Of a DNA stretch of 64,000 bases, positions 37,667 through 55,700 are shown piece by piece. Location of the stretch: the NCBI GenBank assembly GCA_033442325.1, contig JAWQFM010000001.1:2711238-2775237 (forward strand). The letters are read 5' to 3'. Each line of letters opens with the position of its first letter. Position 1 is the first letter of the stretch. This DNA comes from Salpingoeca rosetta (Eukaryota; Protista; Choanoflagellata). The notes below the pieces were generated by a model that searched no databases, was not told the origin of the DNA, and saw only the letters and a program-made list of their open reading frames with translations. Both the position numbers and the translations under genes were made by a program.

Positions 37667-37751
37667 TTGATACTGCTGCTGCTGGTGTTGGTGCTGATAC
37701 TGCTGCTGCTGCTGTTGCTGCTGGTACTGGTACTGGTGTCGGTGGGGCAGG

Positions 37752-37796
<45 letters not shown>

Positions 37797-40700
37797 GAAT
37801 GCTGTTGCTGTTGCTGCTGCACGAACGCTAGCTGAGATGGGTGCTGCAAGAACATGACGCGTGAAAAATTTGAATCACCAGCAGCCATGCCGAGGGCAGG
37901 CATCACCACCACAGGCTGTTGTGAGTCCCCTGGGTGCATGAACATGCGGAGGTTGCCCATCCAGGAGGCCTGATCCATGAAGGAAGGCGCGTACAGGCCA
38001 TGGGTCGGATGCTGCCGGCAGTGTCTGGATTTCCAGTCAACATGAAAAGACATCAAATGCACGCAAGTGTCAGTGACTTGCAAGCGAGGATAAAGTACTC
38101 AACACTGTAGAGCAAGCTGCGTGTCGAGCATGCACAGCAGCCGCACTCCCGCGCAATCACACACACACACAAACACACGCGAGCATGCAAGCCGCACGCA
38201 CCGACCAACTAACATATAACTCACTTGTAAAACACAACCGAGGCTTGGTTTTCGGGGTGCTGTGCCGCGAGCTGAGCAGGAGAGTCGCCCATGCTTGTCT
38301 CAATGCTGCCATTGGCACCCGCCTGAAGTAGACGCTGTAGACAACAACATACAGGGTCGGATGGAATCATGCGAAGCGAGACAAGGCGATGATTTTCGTG
38401 TGAGATATCGACTTGTATTCAGTTGGGGGAGAGGAGGATGCCAGATGCAACTAGGATGCTGATGTGATGGCCATTGCGATGCAAGCGGAAAAATTGCCTC
38501 AAACGCGCACACGCACACGCACACGCACACGCACACACCTCGGTGGCGCGGGCGTTGTTGAGCTTCAGGGCCCAGTACAGAGGCGTCTCGCCTTGGTCGT
38601 TGACCATGTTCACGTCCACGTCAGCACGTGCCAGCAAGCTGATGACGATGGTTGTGAGGTCCTCCTTGGCGGCAACCAGCAGAGCGGTGTTTCCTTGCTT
38701 GTCGCGCGTGTTCAAGTCCTCACCCGCGAGAACCGGGCGGCAAGGATGCCTGGGCGGCGTTGCAACACTGCCTTCGCGCAGAACATCTTCGGAGTGGGCC
38801 TTGGAGCGGCCAGCTTTGCCGGTTTTGCCGCCTTTGCGAACGGCAGTGTCACGATCACGCATGGGAGGGCGTTCTCCAAGGAGCAGCTTGAGGATTGTCT
38901 CTGCCAGAGGCAAAAAGCAGAAGGAAGGAAAAGAAACATGGTCAGTAAGAGCCACATCAAGTTCGCCCAAGAGTGAGGCGTGTTTGGCTTAAAGAGGGGT
39001 GGTTTGGGAGAGTGAGCAGACGCAGGCGCAGCCACAAACATGAGCACGTCTGCGAGGACTGAAATCGCAAGATGCGCGATGGATGTTGTAGCAACATACA
39101 CGTGCGTGAAAGAGAGAGAGAGAGTGTGTGTGTGTGTGTGTGTGTGTGACACAAATCTCGCAACTGCACTTACCCCACTTCTGGGGCGCATCTTTGTTCA
39201 CGTGCTTCACGGTGTAGACGAGGAGAGGGTCGTCAAACTTGTTCCTGACACCGCTGAAGAAGTCGATGGCAGTGCCCCTGAGAAGCTGGAATGCCTTGTT
39301 TGGATGCCCCATCTTGCAGCAGAGGAACATGGCAGCGACAGCCGCGATGATGCTGCCTGAAGGCCGACGACCGTCCTTCCATGAGTAGGTCGGGTGCTGC
39401 GTCGCCATTTGCCTGGGAGGGGGTGTGTTTTCAGCAGCAAACGAAGTCACAAAGAGAACAAGCACATGTGTCAGCAATGAAAATGGTGGCGCTGTACACT
39501 CCGCCGAGATTGGATGCGACTTTTGACGCTTGCTCACGTGATCCTGCCCACACACCCCTCCCTATGCACGCGAGCACACATACACATGCGCATTACACAC
39601 CACCCTCCCAGCCGTATTGTGCTGTACCTCTTGTCCAAGCGGGCAAGTTGTCGGCGATGCTCCCACTCCAGGGCCTCATCGTGGCTGTGAGCGTGAGTGC
39701 ACTCGTCTGGCAGACGAGAGCACTTGTCGAGGCGGAAGCACATTCGGATGTTGTAGTTGCTGTGGATGCCGGTCGGCGGCGTGCGACACTCGTAACCGGT
39801 CGTATACGACTGCCACGCCTCGACCTGAAAGGGACAGCGGTGTTGCAGCGTATGGGATACGTTAGGGGGTTGTGATTCAGCGTGAGCCGGTGGCAGATGG
39901 AGTCCATAGTGGAGCAATGCGTGGTACAGAATGGAGTTCAAAACTGAAATGAGACACGCACGGTACATTACACAGGCAACAAAAAAACCATGCAATACGC
40001 GCTGGGGAAACGAGAAGGGGCCGTTCCTGCTTTACCTTCTTCACGTGCGCCTCGGACTTCTCATGCTCTGTCAGGGCTTCAGGTGCCATCAGCTCCTCGC
40101 AGGTGCTGCACAAGGCCACCTCACCTTCTTCTGAGAGGATCTCAAAGAGAATGAGGTCTTTCCTGGAGTGTTGAAAGGGAGCACCAGTGGTGATGTTGGT
40201 GGTGGGGCAGACAGAAAAGACGGTCAGTTGCAATCGAGATTCGATCGAGATTCAAAGAGAAGGGATTGACAACATCTGGTGCCAACAGCACAAGCACTGT
40301 GGAAGCCACACAAATCTGGCTGGTTACCCGTGCAGACAAGCAAACCATGAGGCCCAACCAACGAGCAACCACGTATCGATGTACGGGAAGGTGGGTTCGC
40401 TTACCAGATGGCGAGCTCGTCTTCGGAGTGCGCACAGGTGCAAGCCTGATCCGAACACTTTCCTCTCAGCGGACACAGCTTGGCAAAGCGGCCTTCAAGG
40501 GCCGGCTTGTCATGAACGATGACAAAACGCCCGGTGTCACTGTTGCGGACCACACACATGCTCTCCCAGACACAACCACATCTGTCGCAGACACAAATGG
40601 GATGCGTGGATCCAGCATGCTCTGCCTTCACCTCCCTGAAACGGTGATTGCATGAAACCAGGGCAAGAATGCGTACATGTGAGCGATCGCGTGCATGTGT

Positions 40701-41455
40701 GTGTGTGGTGCGGAAATAGCTTTGGTGGCACAAGGAGATCAAAAGTGACGACAATTCTGTGCTGTGCTTAGCGTACAAACCGCGAGATACACATGCACAC
40801 ACACACACATCAACACCACACCTGGTCTTCTCGACGGCATGGCCCGTAGGGTAGCAGCGAGAGCACACGCGCTGGATCTGGCGGTTGCGGTCGCTCTCGG
40901 TGATGATAAGCTGCACCACAGCTTCGCTTCCTTCGCCGACAATCTTGAATTCCGGGTACGCGTTGAGGAACGCCTCCTTTGTGATATCCGTGATGCAGGC
41001 CGTCATTGGCGGCATCTTCTCCAGCAGGGCCTCGAGCTTCATACGGCAGCCGCTGTTCTGTAGCCAGTGGCGCAAGTTGAGCCTGGAACCAAATCGAGCA
41101 GGACACCAGGCGCAGCAGCAGAGAGGTGTAAGAGAAGTGAGCAGGAAACATTCAACGACAGAAGGGTGCCACCACCAAGAGCTGGACAACATGCAGGCCA
41201 TCAAAGACAACGGACTCAACAATCATGAGCTCGCTCAACACCCCGCCCCCTTGTGTCACGAGACAGCACAAAAGTATTTGTAACCAACCGAAGCAAGCGG
41301 ACGAAATCCCATTCCCTCTGCTTCTCCTTCGCGCTCGGTGGGGCTGGAAGCTTGCTGCTACTCGTGGTGAAGGTGTTGTGTGCGTACATGTGTGCGTGAG
41401 TGAGTTCGTGTGCATGTGTACATGAGTGTACGTGTGTGTGTGTGTACATGAGTGT

Positions 41456-41500
<45 letters not shown>

Positions 41501-42423
41501 CGTGTGTGTGTGTGTGTGTGTGCGTGCGTGCGTGAACGCTATTGCGTCAAAGCAAACTTCGTGACCAGGCAGGTGGTATGGCGAACGGACAAAGATACGC
41601 GTCCAGACTCACTCTTGAGGAATGGGCTGTGTCGCGAACCAGGTGAGCAACTCGGCCTCCGATGGGTCACCATGCGCAAAAGGGCAGGCACGTCCTCGAG
41701 GACAGTCTGCTGCAAGATGCGCACAGAAAGTGTATTGATTGTACGGATAGTTTGCCTACACGAGCAGGATGCCAAGGTCCAACCAACCAGGTGTGGCGTG
41801 AGAACACAAGCGACAAGTCATGTGTGGAGCTAGCAGCGTTATCAACTCCAAGCCGCAAACGACAACTCAAACCGAAACAACAACCGACAACTGAAACAGC
41901 AACCAACACACAAATGACTGACCGGTGGGGGGCGAACATCACGCCATTGGCGTCGCTTGAGACCCGTCGGGTAGTGGACGTAGTCGCGCTTGCAGTCGCC
42001 ATGAATCTCGCAGATGGCGTCGCCCTTGAGCTCGAGGATGACTCTGGGGCTACCGTCGAAGCAGCGGTGGCACATGGTCTGCATGACAAGGTGCCCATCG
42101 GCGTTGGTGGGGCTTCCGTTGCCGTGACGGCGGCGGCCAGGTCGCTGGTGGTCCCTGGACCCTCGGTTTCCAGAGGTGCCGGAGTTGGTGTAGCCCCTGC
42201 GAGCATTGCCACGCATGCCTGCTTGCCGCGTTCGACCATCGCCGTTGTTGAAATGGCTGTGACGCGAGCCCTGGCGACTTGTGTGTCGATCGAGGCCTGT
42301 TTGACGTCTGCCATTGCCGGTGCGAGGCTGGGTCTGGTTGAAGCCTGCACGGCCTTGTCGATGGTTGCCAGCTTGGCCCTGACGGTTTCCGTGCGGATGC
42401 TGGTTCTGCGACAGCTGTTGAGC

Positions 42424-42454
<31 letters not shown>

Positions 42455-43132
42455 TGTTGTTGTTGTTGCTGCTGTTGCTGCTGTTGCGGCGGCGGTTGTT
42501 GTTGCTGTTGCTGCTGCTGCCGCCGCTGTGGGAGGTTGTGCTGCAGAAGGCCAGGGCCTGGCTGAGCGTTGGGAGACGAAGAGGTAGATGTGGTCGAGTT
42601 GGAGGAGGCAGGTGACGTGGACCGCTGGAGTTGGTACGCCGGCGGTTTGTCACACTTGGCGCAGACTTTGTTGGCGCTTGCCATGCCAGCCTAGGGAACA
42701 ATCGACACGCGCAAAGGAGACGGGCGGGAAGGGTGCGACATGTGAGACAAGTGAGACGAGTGAGAGATGTGTGCCAAGGGGAGGGGCGGGTGGACAGAGC
42801 GAGCTCGAACGACGCAATTCGAAGTGAATGTGTTGGCGCGCACGCAAAAAGGAGGACCAAGCCCACATTATGGACAACACAGCATATCCAATCAGGCAAA
42901 CGTCACAGAGGGCACATGTGGGCACGAAGCGCACCCGAAGTGAACACGAAACAAGGGCAAAGGGCGCATGACAAAAGCAAAAGCTCAAGTGCAACAGCGA
43001 ACGAACCGGGCCGTTGATTGTGTTGATGGAGCTGCAGTGCGTGCAACTCCACGTTGTGGAGAGCGTTGGCTGCGAGGTCGTCCGTGTCATGTTGTTCCAC
43101 GGGTTGTTGTTGGTGGCGGGCTTGTTGGCCAT
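35805..43132 (-). CDS. Large multidomain putative RNA-binding protein: RanBP2-type ZnF, polyQ/RG-rich region, three ZC3H7/HELZ-type CCCH modules, a matrin-like C2H2 finger, ankyrin repeats, a polyQ region and more ankyrin repeats
   Basis: RanBP2 ZnF: WSCTHCSSIN|..ASANKVCAKC. CCCH modules: WRDVRPPP|..FCAHLAADCPRGRACPFAHG..ELLTW, LCPLRGKCSDQACTCAHSEDELAIW and MCFRLDKCSRLPDECTHAHSHDEALEW. C2H2: CSTCEE...EHEKSEAH. Ankyrin: DKQGNTALLVAA, NDQGETPLYWA, DADGATPLLFAV, LTPYEV|AMGSGDPKLISIFEENAKQ*. The CCCH-to-ankyrin and ankyrin-to-polyQ junction phases match, supporting a single gene. Confidence 0.75.
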
Positions 43133-43636
43133 GGTGGGTTGTTTGCGAAAACGTGCTGTTACAAGCCGTATAAAGGTCTTTGATCGTCACTCAGCACAAT
43201 CAACCGAGGCGCGCCGAGTGAGTGGTTGATGGAGAGAGCTTGATTGCGCGAAGAACGTGGGGCAGCAGTGGCAAAGAAAGGGAAAGGGCTGCGTTCAAGA
43301 GAAACCAGTTCAAGTAGGCGTGCAATAGATACACACAAGAAGAAGGAAGTAAGAGCTTCCTGAAGGGAGAAGGGGGGGGGAGTGTTGGTGCGCGCCCGAG
43401 ACAGAGCGGCAACAACAAGTTTGCTGGTCGGTGGGTAGTGTACTGGTGTGCCAACCGTGAACTAACTCGCTGCGCGAAAGCGGGCAATGGAGTAACCAAG
43501 GCGCGGTGCGGTTATTTGGGAGGAAGCTGGGAGAGGGAGAGAGGGGGCGGGGTGGAAGTACGAAGAGCAGAGAAGAGGAGGGAGCAGATGGGACCTGGGT
43601 CAAGGGTCCAATCCGTCAAGGAGTGATCAACTGACC

Positions 43637-43665
43637 ACAACAACAACAACAACAACAACAACGAC

Positions 43666-43718
<53 letters not shown>

Positions 43719-43730
43719 TAACAACAACAA
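43637..43730. repeat. Compound (ACA)n(GAC)n microsatellite upstream of the ZnF-ankyrin gene
   Basis: Direct inspection. Confidence 0.9.
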
Positions 43731-44700
43731 AAGTGTGGGTGTGTGGGATGAAGGTGCTGTGGCGTGGTCGTAAAAGAACCAATAAGCACGATAGGGTGGA
43801 AAGAGGGTGGAAAGAGGGGAAAGAAGGAGGGGAGCGAACCTACAAAGGGGGGTCTGTAAGGGGCGGTCGACGACAAAAGCCGGCAAGGAGGTGGGTCAGG
43901 CGACTTTCGAAGTGATCAGGAGCAGGTGGTGTGTGGGAAATGAACAAGCAAGTCAACTGCAACCCACAACAAGGTCACAAGAGGGCACGCGGGAGCACCA
44001 CACGCGCGCACACAACACAACACAAGAACAACGGATGATGCGAGCGAAGGGAGGGGATGATGTGAGAGAGTTGTGTGCGTGGCGTGGAGGCGCACACGAG
44101 GACATAAAAAGTTTCCCAAAAAGGAGGCCGCGCCGAGTTCGAGGAAAAAATTCGGGGCACCGAAGGTGGACACGTTGCGTGAATGACGTCAACGCAGAAA
44201 ATTAAATAAAGATGTGACAAGATCCAGCCTCACGTGGCCGTTACATTAACGGTGCATCGAATTGAGTGGCAAAATTGAATGGTGTAATTCCCACACCCCA
44301 AAGGAAAACTTGCGTTGCGTCAAGCCACGTGGCAGTTGATGTGATGCTGTTTTAATGTGCGCACTTGAGGGTGCGATCTACGACTCGAGCGCATGTGCGT
44401 GACGTGGACGTTGATCTGCGCATCCTGGCTTGCTTCCTGGTGCGGCGCAGCGCGTGCAATATTCATGTAGGGCAAGCAAGGAAGCAAGCATGGATGGGGC
44501 GATGATAAGCAAGCAAGGAGGAACAGCCAGGAACGGGCGGAGGAGGAACAGGAGAAGGGGCGTGGCACGTGGCGCATGTATGTTGCACTGATGCAATGCA
44601 GCTCGCACGCATGGCACGCAACAACCATGCAGTGGCACAAAGCAGCGACGTATGTATACAGTGGCGGCACATGCAGCGGCACATGCATGCGGTTGCAGCA

Positions 44701-44778
44701 CTATTCTTGTTTGCTTTGCTTGCGACTAGGCCCATTGCTTTGGAACCCACTCGCTTCCAGGTTCATTTGCGCTGCGGG

Positions 44779-44852
<74 letters not shown>

Positions 44853-45410
44853 GGGATGAGGAGTCTTGGGGTGAGACCCAAGTGGCAGAGGTAGCGGCGT
44901 TTTCGCTGTCAACCAAACGCATCGAGCTCAAACTGCACACACACACATACACACACACGCACGCAAGTAAGCACGCACGCACGCACGCACGCACGGGCCA
45001 CAGACCTTCTTTGTATGCAAGGACTGCCCGGTTCAAGTTCTTCACCACATCGTCATTCTGTCACACAGAGAAAAGAAGCGCAAAGCCAAATCAGAAGCAC
45101 CCAGGACAAGAACACACATGGAAATGAGCACACGCATACACGCACACGCACAACAAGCACACACACACACGCATGAAACGAGCACACACACACACACACA
45201 CACACACACTAACAAGCACCTGCCCACAACAACAATGACAGCACAAGCGCACGAGCGCGCATAACCCAGAGCAAGCCACGCACCTGAAGCTCAAACTGGT
45301 CCATGCGCACGTGGATGTCCTTCTCCACGGCCTTGAGGAGCGTCAAGTCGCGCGGCGCCACGAGCGACAGCGCCATGCCTCCTTCTCCCGCACGCGCTGT
45401 ACGGCCAACC

Positions 45411-45475
<65 letters not shown>

Positions 45476-47419
45476 TGTGTGTGTGTGTTTGAGGGGCTGT
45501 GAGCACTGTGTAGGAGAGGAGTGTCACCACACATTGGTGTCGCCGTGGGTGAATTCGCTCCGGTTGGCACAGTCACGTGCGTGGGTGTCGTGTGTGGGTG
45601 TAGTGTGTGGGTGTGGGTGTGTCAGTCAGGGAAGGTAGGTGCCAGCGGAAGCGCCACAATACAAACGCATGCAAGTCAAGGCAACCGAAACAACAAGGGC
45701 AATATTTTCACAAGAGCGCGAATACACACATACACACAGCCTCACACGCACACCACGCACGCACGCACGCACGCATACGCACACCACGCACACACATGCA
45801 CACACATACATACACACACTCCTCTCTCCCTCAAGCACAGCGGTGTGACGCACGGCGAATCTGTAGAGGGGCTGGTGGAGCTGGTGTGCAATGGGGCCGG
45901 CAGGCTCGTCCAGCAGCGTTGCCGAGAAGAGGAGATTCTGGCGCTCGGGGGGCAGTGCGTTGTAGATGGTGGTGAGATCGGGCTGCATGGAGGCGTTGGT
46001 CATGAGGCGATCCGCCTCATCAAGCACAAGAAACTGCACTCTGCAACAGGCGCGGGCACACGCACGCAGGTGGAAGGAATAAAGCAAAGGGAAAGTGGTG
46101 CCCAAGGCAGCATGAGCAACAATAGCGCTGTTGAGAGAAGCAATCACACGCGTGGAAGAAGAGGGGTGTGACAAAGAACATGAACATGAACATGAACATG
46201 AAGAACGGAGAACAAGAGACAAAACACCCTCCATCAACCTTGATCAACATGCTACGAGATACAAAGGCGCCCACACCGGCGCAAACAAACACACACACAC
46301 AAACAAACAAACACACAAACAAACACACACACATACGGCTGTGTGGCAGTACCTGGAGAGGTCGACCTCTGCGCCGCTGGTGATGTGTGCGGCGAGACGA
46401 CCAGGCGTTGCAACAACCACATGCGGTAAGCGAGACAGCGCATTCTGCTCTTCAACCATATCTGTGATTGTGAATCGCACATGCACACGTGTTGCAGTAC
46501 ACGTGTGAGGTCGCATCATGCGAGCACGCGTGACGTTCGGCACTTCATTGGTGGCCATGCACACCAAGGCAGAGTGTGCACAAGGATCGTCGGTGCACCA
46601 GTAGACGACGGCGACAGCAGTGTCAACAACAACATCAGCAGCAACGACAGCAACTGCACCTGCAACAACAAAAACAACGACAACGACAACACATCGCAAC
46701 CCGTGCCACCATCCCCAAAAACGAAAAGAACGCACCAACGCCGCCGGTGATGATGCAATGCCGCAAGTTGGCCACTTTGCCAAACGTGTAGAACTGGTCT
46801 GCAATCTGGTACGCAAGTTCCCTGGTTGGCGTCAGCACGACCGCAAAGATGCCATAGGGATCCTCCATAAGCCGGTCCAAAATTGGGAGCGCAAACGCAG
46901 CCGTCTTGCCGCTGCCCGTTTTCGCAGCCGCATACACGTCCTCTCCTAGTGTGCACAATACCAAAGCAACAAATTGGCAGAAGAGAACCAAGACATCGCA
47001 CCGTCAGCCAGCATCACAACAACAAAGCGCAATGTCCTTGGCACGAACACGTGGTGTCATTTTGTGTGGCACGTCTGTCTGCACCTGTCTGCGCCTGTCT
47101 GCGCCTGTCTGTCTGTGTGCCTTCGTGATGACGCGAGGGCGCTGGCGTGTTGCAAGCAGCAAAGACATGCGTTCTGTTGTTAGAAGGACTGACCTCGGAG
47201 AATGTGTGGGATGCAGGCTGCTTGCACGGCACGCGCAGCTGTGTACTTCATGCGCTTGCACTGCTTGCGAAGGGACTTCTTAATCGGCAAGTCATCAATG
47301 CGCACGTTCTGGTACTTGTCATCTGTCTCCACCTTTACCACGGTGGTCAATGCTGCTGTCGTGTCAGGCGCTGCAGATGCCTTCTTCTGGTCATCTGACG
47401 CCGCAGCCTTGCTACTCAT
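44701..47419 (-). CDS. DDX49: DEAD-box RNA helicase DDX49/Dbp8; motifs IV-V of RecA2 are absent from this assembly
   Basis: VQAACIPHILRG, AKTGSGKTAAFALPILDRLMEDPYGIFAVVLTPTRELAYQIADQF, PHVVVATPGRLA, LVLDEADRL, LLFSATL and RVGRTARAG. EDPYGIF is typical of DDX49/Dbp8. Confidence 0.88.
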
Positions 47420-47771
47420 GTTGAGCGACGCGTGGTGTGTGCGTGTGCGTGTGCGTGTGCGTGTGCGTGTGCGTGTGCGTGTGCGTGTGCGTGTGCGTGT
47501 GCGTGTGTGTGTGTGTGTGTGTTCGGGAGGAAGGACACGTGGTTCTGAGCACGGCGGCGATGAAGTTGCTGGTAGCGACACTATAAAATGTAACGAACAT
47601 TGTTTGAAAATTTGGTTATTTTTCTCCTGTCATAATCGCGCACTCGACAAAGCAGACAAACAGCACACAAGACGACGAAGAACAAAGCACTGTCGTCGTC
47701 TCATCCGAACCACACAAGACCACCCACACACATCGTCCATCCACTCTGCTCCCGCTTCAGTTATCACACAG

Positions 47772-47831
<60 letters not shown>

Positions 47832-47901
47832 GCACACAGGCACAGCCACTGCCACTTTCTCCCACTTCCACGCACGACCGCGCCAACGGCAACGACCAAC
47901 C

Positions 47902-52135
<4,234 letters not shown>

Positions 52136-52799
52136 TAAGTGTGGACATGTGCGTGTCTATGTCTGTGCATGTCTGTGCATGTGTGTGTGGTGCCTCCATG
52201 CAGCCAGCTCGTGCCTGCTGCGAACGCACCTTGTAGTTACACCTTCTCACAACGTGTCTGCATTTGCCTTGCTTCGTTCACCAACCCCCCCCCCCTTCAC
52301 GGCGTTCAGCCATTCGTCAAGGCACCGTCACCGGCTCGGCTCCCTCGTTTATCTGAATCCAATCGAGCAACAGCCCCATCAGCCCCACCACCACCACCAC
52401 CACTTGTGTCTTGCATGCGCCCATAATACACGCCGCAATGTAATTCGAAACAACACTTGCTCACACGTGTACATGTGTGCACGACTGTGACTGTTCTTAG
52501 CCTTGTTCTGCTATTGTTGTGTTGGTATTGTTTGCTGTTGCCATGTGGTGTCATGTCACATGAATCTACAGTGTGAATGCCGCAATAAATGTATGAAAGC
52601 CGCAATTCTTGGCAATTCACAACAACAACAACACCGGTTTCGACATCAAGGCGTGGTCATGTAAAACGAAGTGGGAACATGCACACACACAAACACGCGC
52701 GCGCGCTCACCCCCCCCCCCCCCGAGCCCCCGGGCACATCCACACGCATCGCACACGCCAAGCAACCAGCACGCACCCACTGCCAGCATCAGCCGCGAG

Positions 52800-55700
52800 T
52801 CACACTGATGCTGTGAGGAGGGCGGTGGCAGCGGCAATTCCAGCACGCACGGCCGCGCCAACGGTGCTGGCCCTGTTCTCCGCCGCACACGCGAGCATTG
52901 CCCCAGCCAACCTGGGAAGAAGGAAGTTGTGTGACGTGGTGGTGGGGGGGGGTGTTGCTACAGTGAGGCGGTGAGCACGACACAACACAGGCACACACAC
53001 TCCGTGCAAGCAGATGGTGCACACATGCGTACGCAAGCAAGCAAGCCACAGGCACACCAACACAGGCACCTCCCGAAGCACGCACGTGTCGCCGGCTCCT
53101 GTCACGTTTTCGACGCGTGTGAGGGGCTTTGTTGCGTAATGTGAGTAGCGGGTCGGTGTTTCGCTCCATGTAGTTGATGGTGATGGCGCAACAACACCAT
53201 CGGGACCAAGTGTCACTACCCACGTCACATTCGGGTAGCGGGGCAGCAGCTGGCGAAGGTTGTCGTCGTGAGCATGTGTGTATGTGTAGGTGTGCATGTG
53301 TGTATGTGTGTGTAGGTGTGCATGTGTGTATGTGTAGGTGTGCATGTGTGTATGTGTGTGCAAGTGTGTGTGTGTGTGTGTGTTTGTGAGCTGCAAGTAA
53401 GGATTGCAGCGAACATGCACTCTACTGCAACACAAGCAGTCCAACGAACCGACCAACACAATCCCCCTTCACACACTCACACGCGCACAAACGCACACAC
53501 GCACCTCGTCTTGAACGATGTTGAGAACGGCCTGTGCATCGGCGGTGTTTGGATCCACACGCGTGTGTGCTGATTGATGAGGAAGTTCCCTGAGGATGTG
53601 CGCAAACTCATGCACGTCTGGTGACAGCACAACACGTGCTGATGAAGATGAAGCCGTGTGCGTGTGCGCGTGCATGTGCTGTCCCCACACATCGAGAGCG
53701 AGCACGCGCTGTGATTTGATGATGGAGGTTGGCTCAATCCACAACAGTGCTGGGCAGAAACATCACGATTGAAAATACCAGTGGATGCAGGCGTGAGAGA
53801 AAAGTGTGCAGCCCACGTTTGTGATTCACACGCACGCAATGCACACACAAAATACACACACACAACACATCCACACACACAACGCACGATTCATACAACA
53901 CACAAGTCACTCGCGCAACAGCATGCATTACAGCACTGCCATCATCCCGCAGCACATTTCCGCTTCCGCTTCCGTTTGCATGTGTGTATGTGTGTGTGTG
54001 TGTGTGTGTGTGTACTTGATGGATCGGCGAGCGCGTGGAGCCGGTGCAGAAGACGTTCGTCGCAGTTGCAGTCCGCAAACCACACATCGGCGGCATCCAG
54101 CGCCTGCAACACGCGCGCATCGTCAAGCAGCGTTGCCTGCAGGCAATCGAGCGCGGTCATGTCGGCAATGGCAAACTTGAGGTTGCCGTCATTGTCGAGA
54201 ATGGCGTTGTACACGGCAGTGCGAGCGTTGCCGACCTGTGGCAGAACAAGGTGCTGTGTTGACGCACGATAGACGCAGGGTGGCAATGGTTGGCGTTGGG
54301 AAGGGATGAGTTGAGTGTGGACATTTGAAGGGAAGTGATGGTGGATGAAAAGATGGACGGGACACAAGGAAAACAGAGCAAAGGTTAAATTGACAACGCA
54401 AGTGGCGAGATGGTGCGAGCAGCAAGGCATGGGTGCAAGTGGAATATCTACAGTGGACACTGATCAAGCAGAACGTAGCAGCTTCACTGCACATACACAC
54501 ACGCACACTAGTACTTGGGTACACGCATATTTATACGCACTCTGTGATATTCCGCTACAACCATAATTTTTTGCGCTCGCACCCAAATACAAGGACGCAC
54601 TTGCCAGCCCCCACACATTCAAACAACACACAAATACGACAGCGGCAGCACCATGTTTCCTGCTGCGTGTGCGTCCTTTGCGATGACATCGCCGAGGAGA
54701 TCAGCGCCGAGCGAGGTGACGAGGCCAACACCACCACGCGATGTACCACTGCCGCGTGCGCGCATGTGTTTGGCAGCGGCGGCAGCGACGTTTCGGGCAA
54801 CGCCCCCACATGACAGCGCGACAGCGCCGTAGTTGGTGCTGCTGCTCACCACCCTGTTGTTGGTTGGGGTGTTGGAGTGGTGGTCGACAGTGCATGTGAG
54901 AGAAGGTATGGGTGTGACAAGCAAGTTGCGCGGATGGTAAAAACAGCAAGACGTTGGATAAAGAGCAAAGAAGGGGGGGGGCTTGAAGAAGAGGGTCATG
55001 GGAGCAAACGCTTCAGTTGTCGACAGAAGCGCTAGCGGCCATATCCACAGGCAAGACCAAAGACCGTGACACCACCAACACACCACGCATTAACGTACTC
55101 GTCCGAGTGAAACTTTGAGATGATGTCGCACACTGCGCCGCCAAATCCAACGACGGCCGGCGGTCGGGTGCCGCTGTTAAACCACACCGATGGTGGTGGT
55201 AAAATACAGGGTTGTGATGGCAAAATATGGATGGTGATGGCAAAATATGGAAGCGGAAAATACGGACAATTGCAAATGAGGAAAGTGGATAGTTGGGTAA
55301 GATGACAAGTGGAAGGTGGCGTTTGCAAATATGGAAAGTGAAAGGTGCGAAAAGCGGACAGTGATGATGGTAAAACCATGGAATGTGGAGAGTGGTGATG
55401 GTAAAATATGCAAGGCGGTGGCAAAATATGATGCTGAGTAGCAGTTGTGATGGTAAAATGTGGTGACATGACATGACATGATGGTGGTGTGTGAAGGCAA
55501 AGTGTGTTGTGGTGCCTGAAGGCAAAGTGTTGTGGTGCGTTGTTGGGACTGTGACACAGGCAGTTTCAAAGAACAAATTGAGGTGAAACAACGGAAAAGC
55601 CCACGAATATGTGTGCCAGTCCGCCCATCGCAGATGTTGCAGGAAGGGCACATCACACACGTGATATTGAACTCATACCGCTGTTGCTGGTCGTTGGCGC

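Noticed and set aside
36344-37831. Leu-rich 'membrane protein' ORFs on +
   Set aside because: They are antisense to the polyQ exon of the ZnF-ankyrin gene.
41662-42615. 317-aa + strand ORF
   Set aside because: It is antisense to the polyQ/CCCH exon.
43200-44700. Possible ncRNA or small gene in the long intergenic stretch
   Set aside because: I could not recognise a tRNA/snRNA fold or a credible spliced ORF; likely UTR or promoter sequence.
55190-55465. CRISPR-like repeat-spacer reading of the spaced motif cluster
   Set aside because: The repeats are short and degenerate, spacing is irregular, the context is a eukaryotic intron and there are no cas genes.
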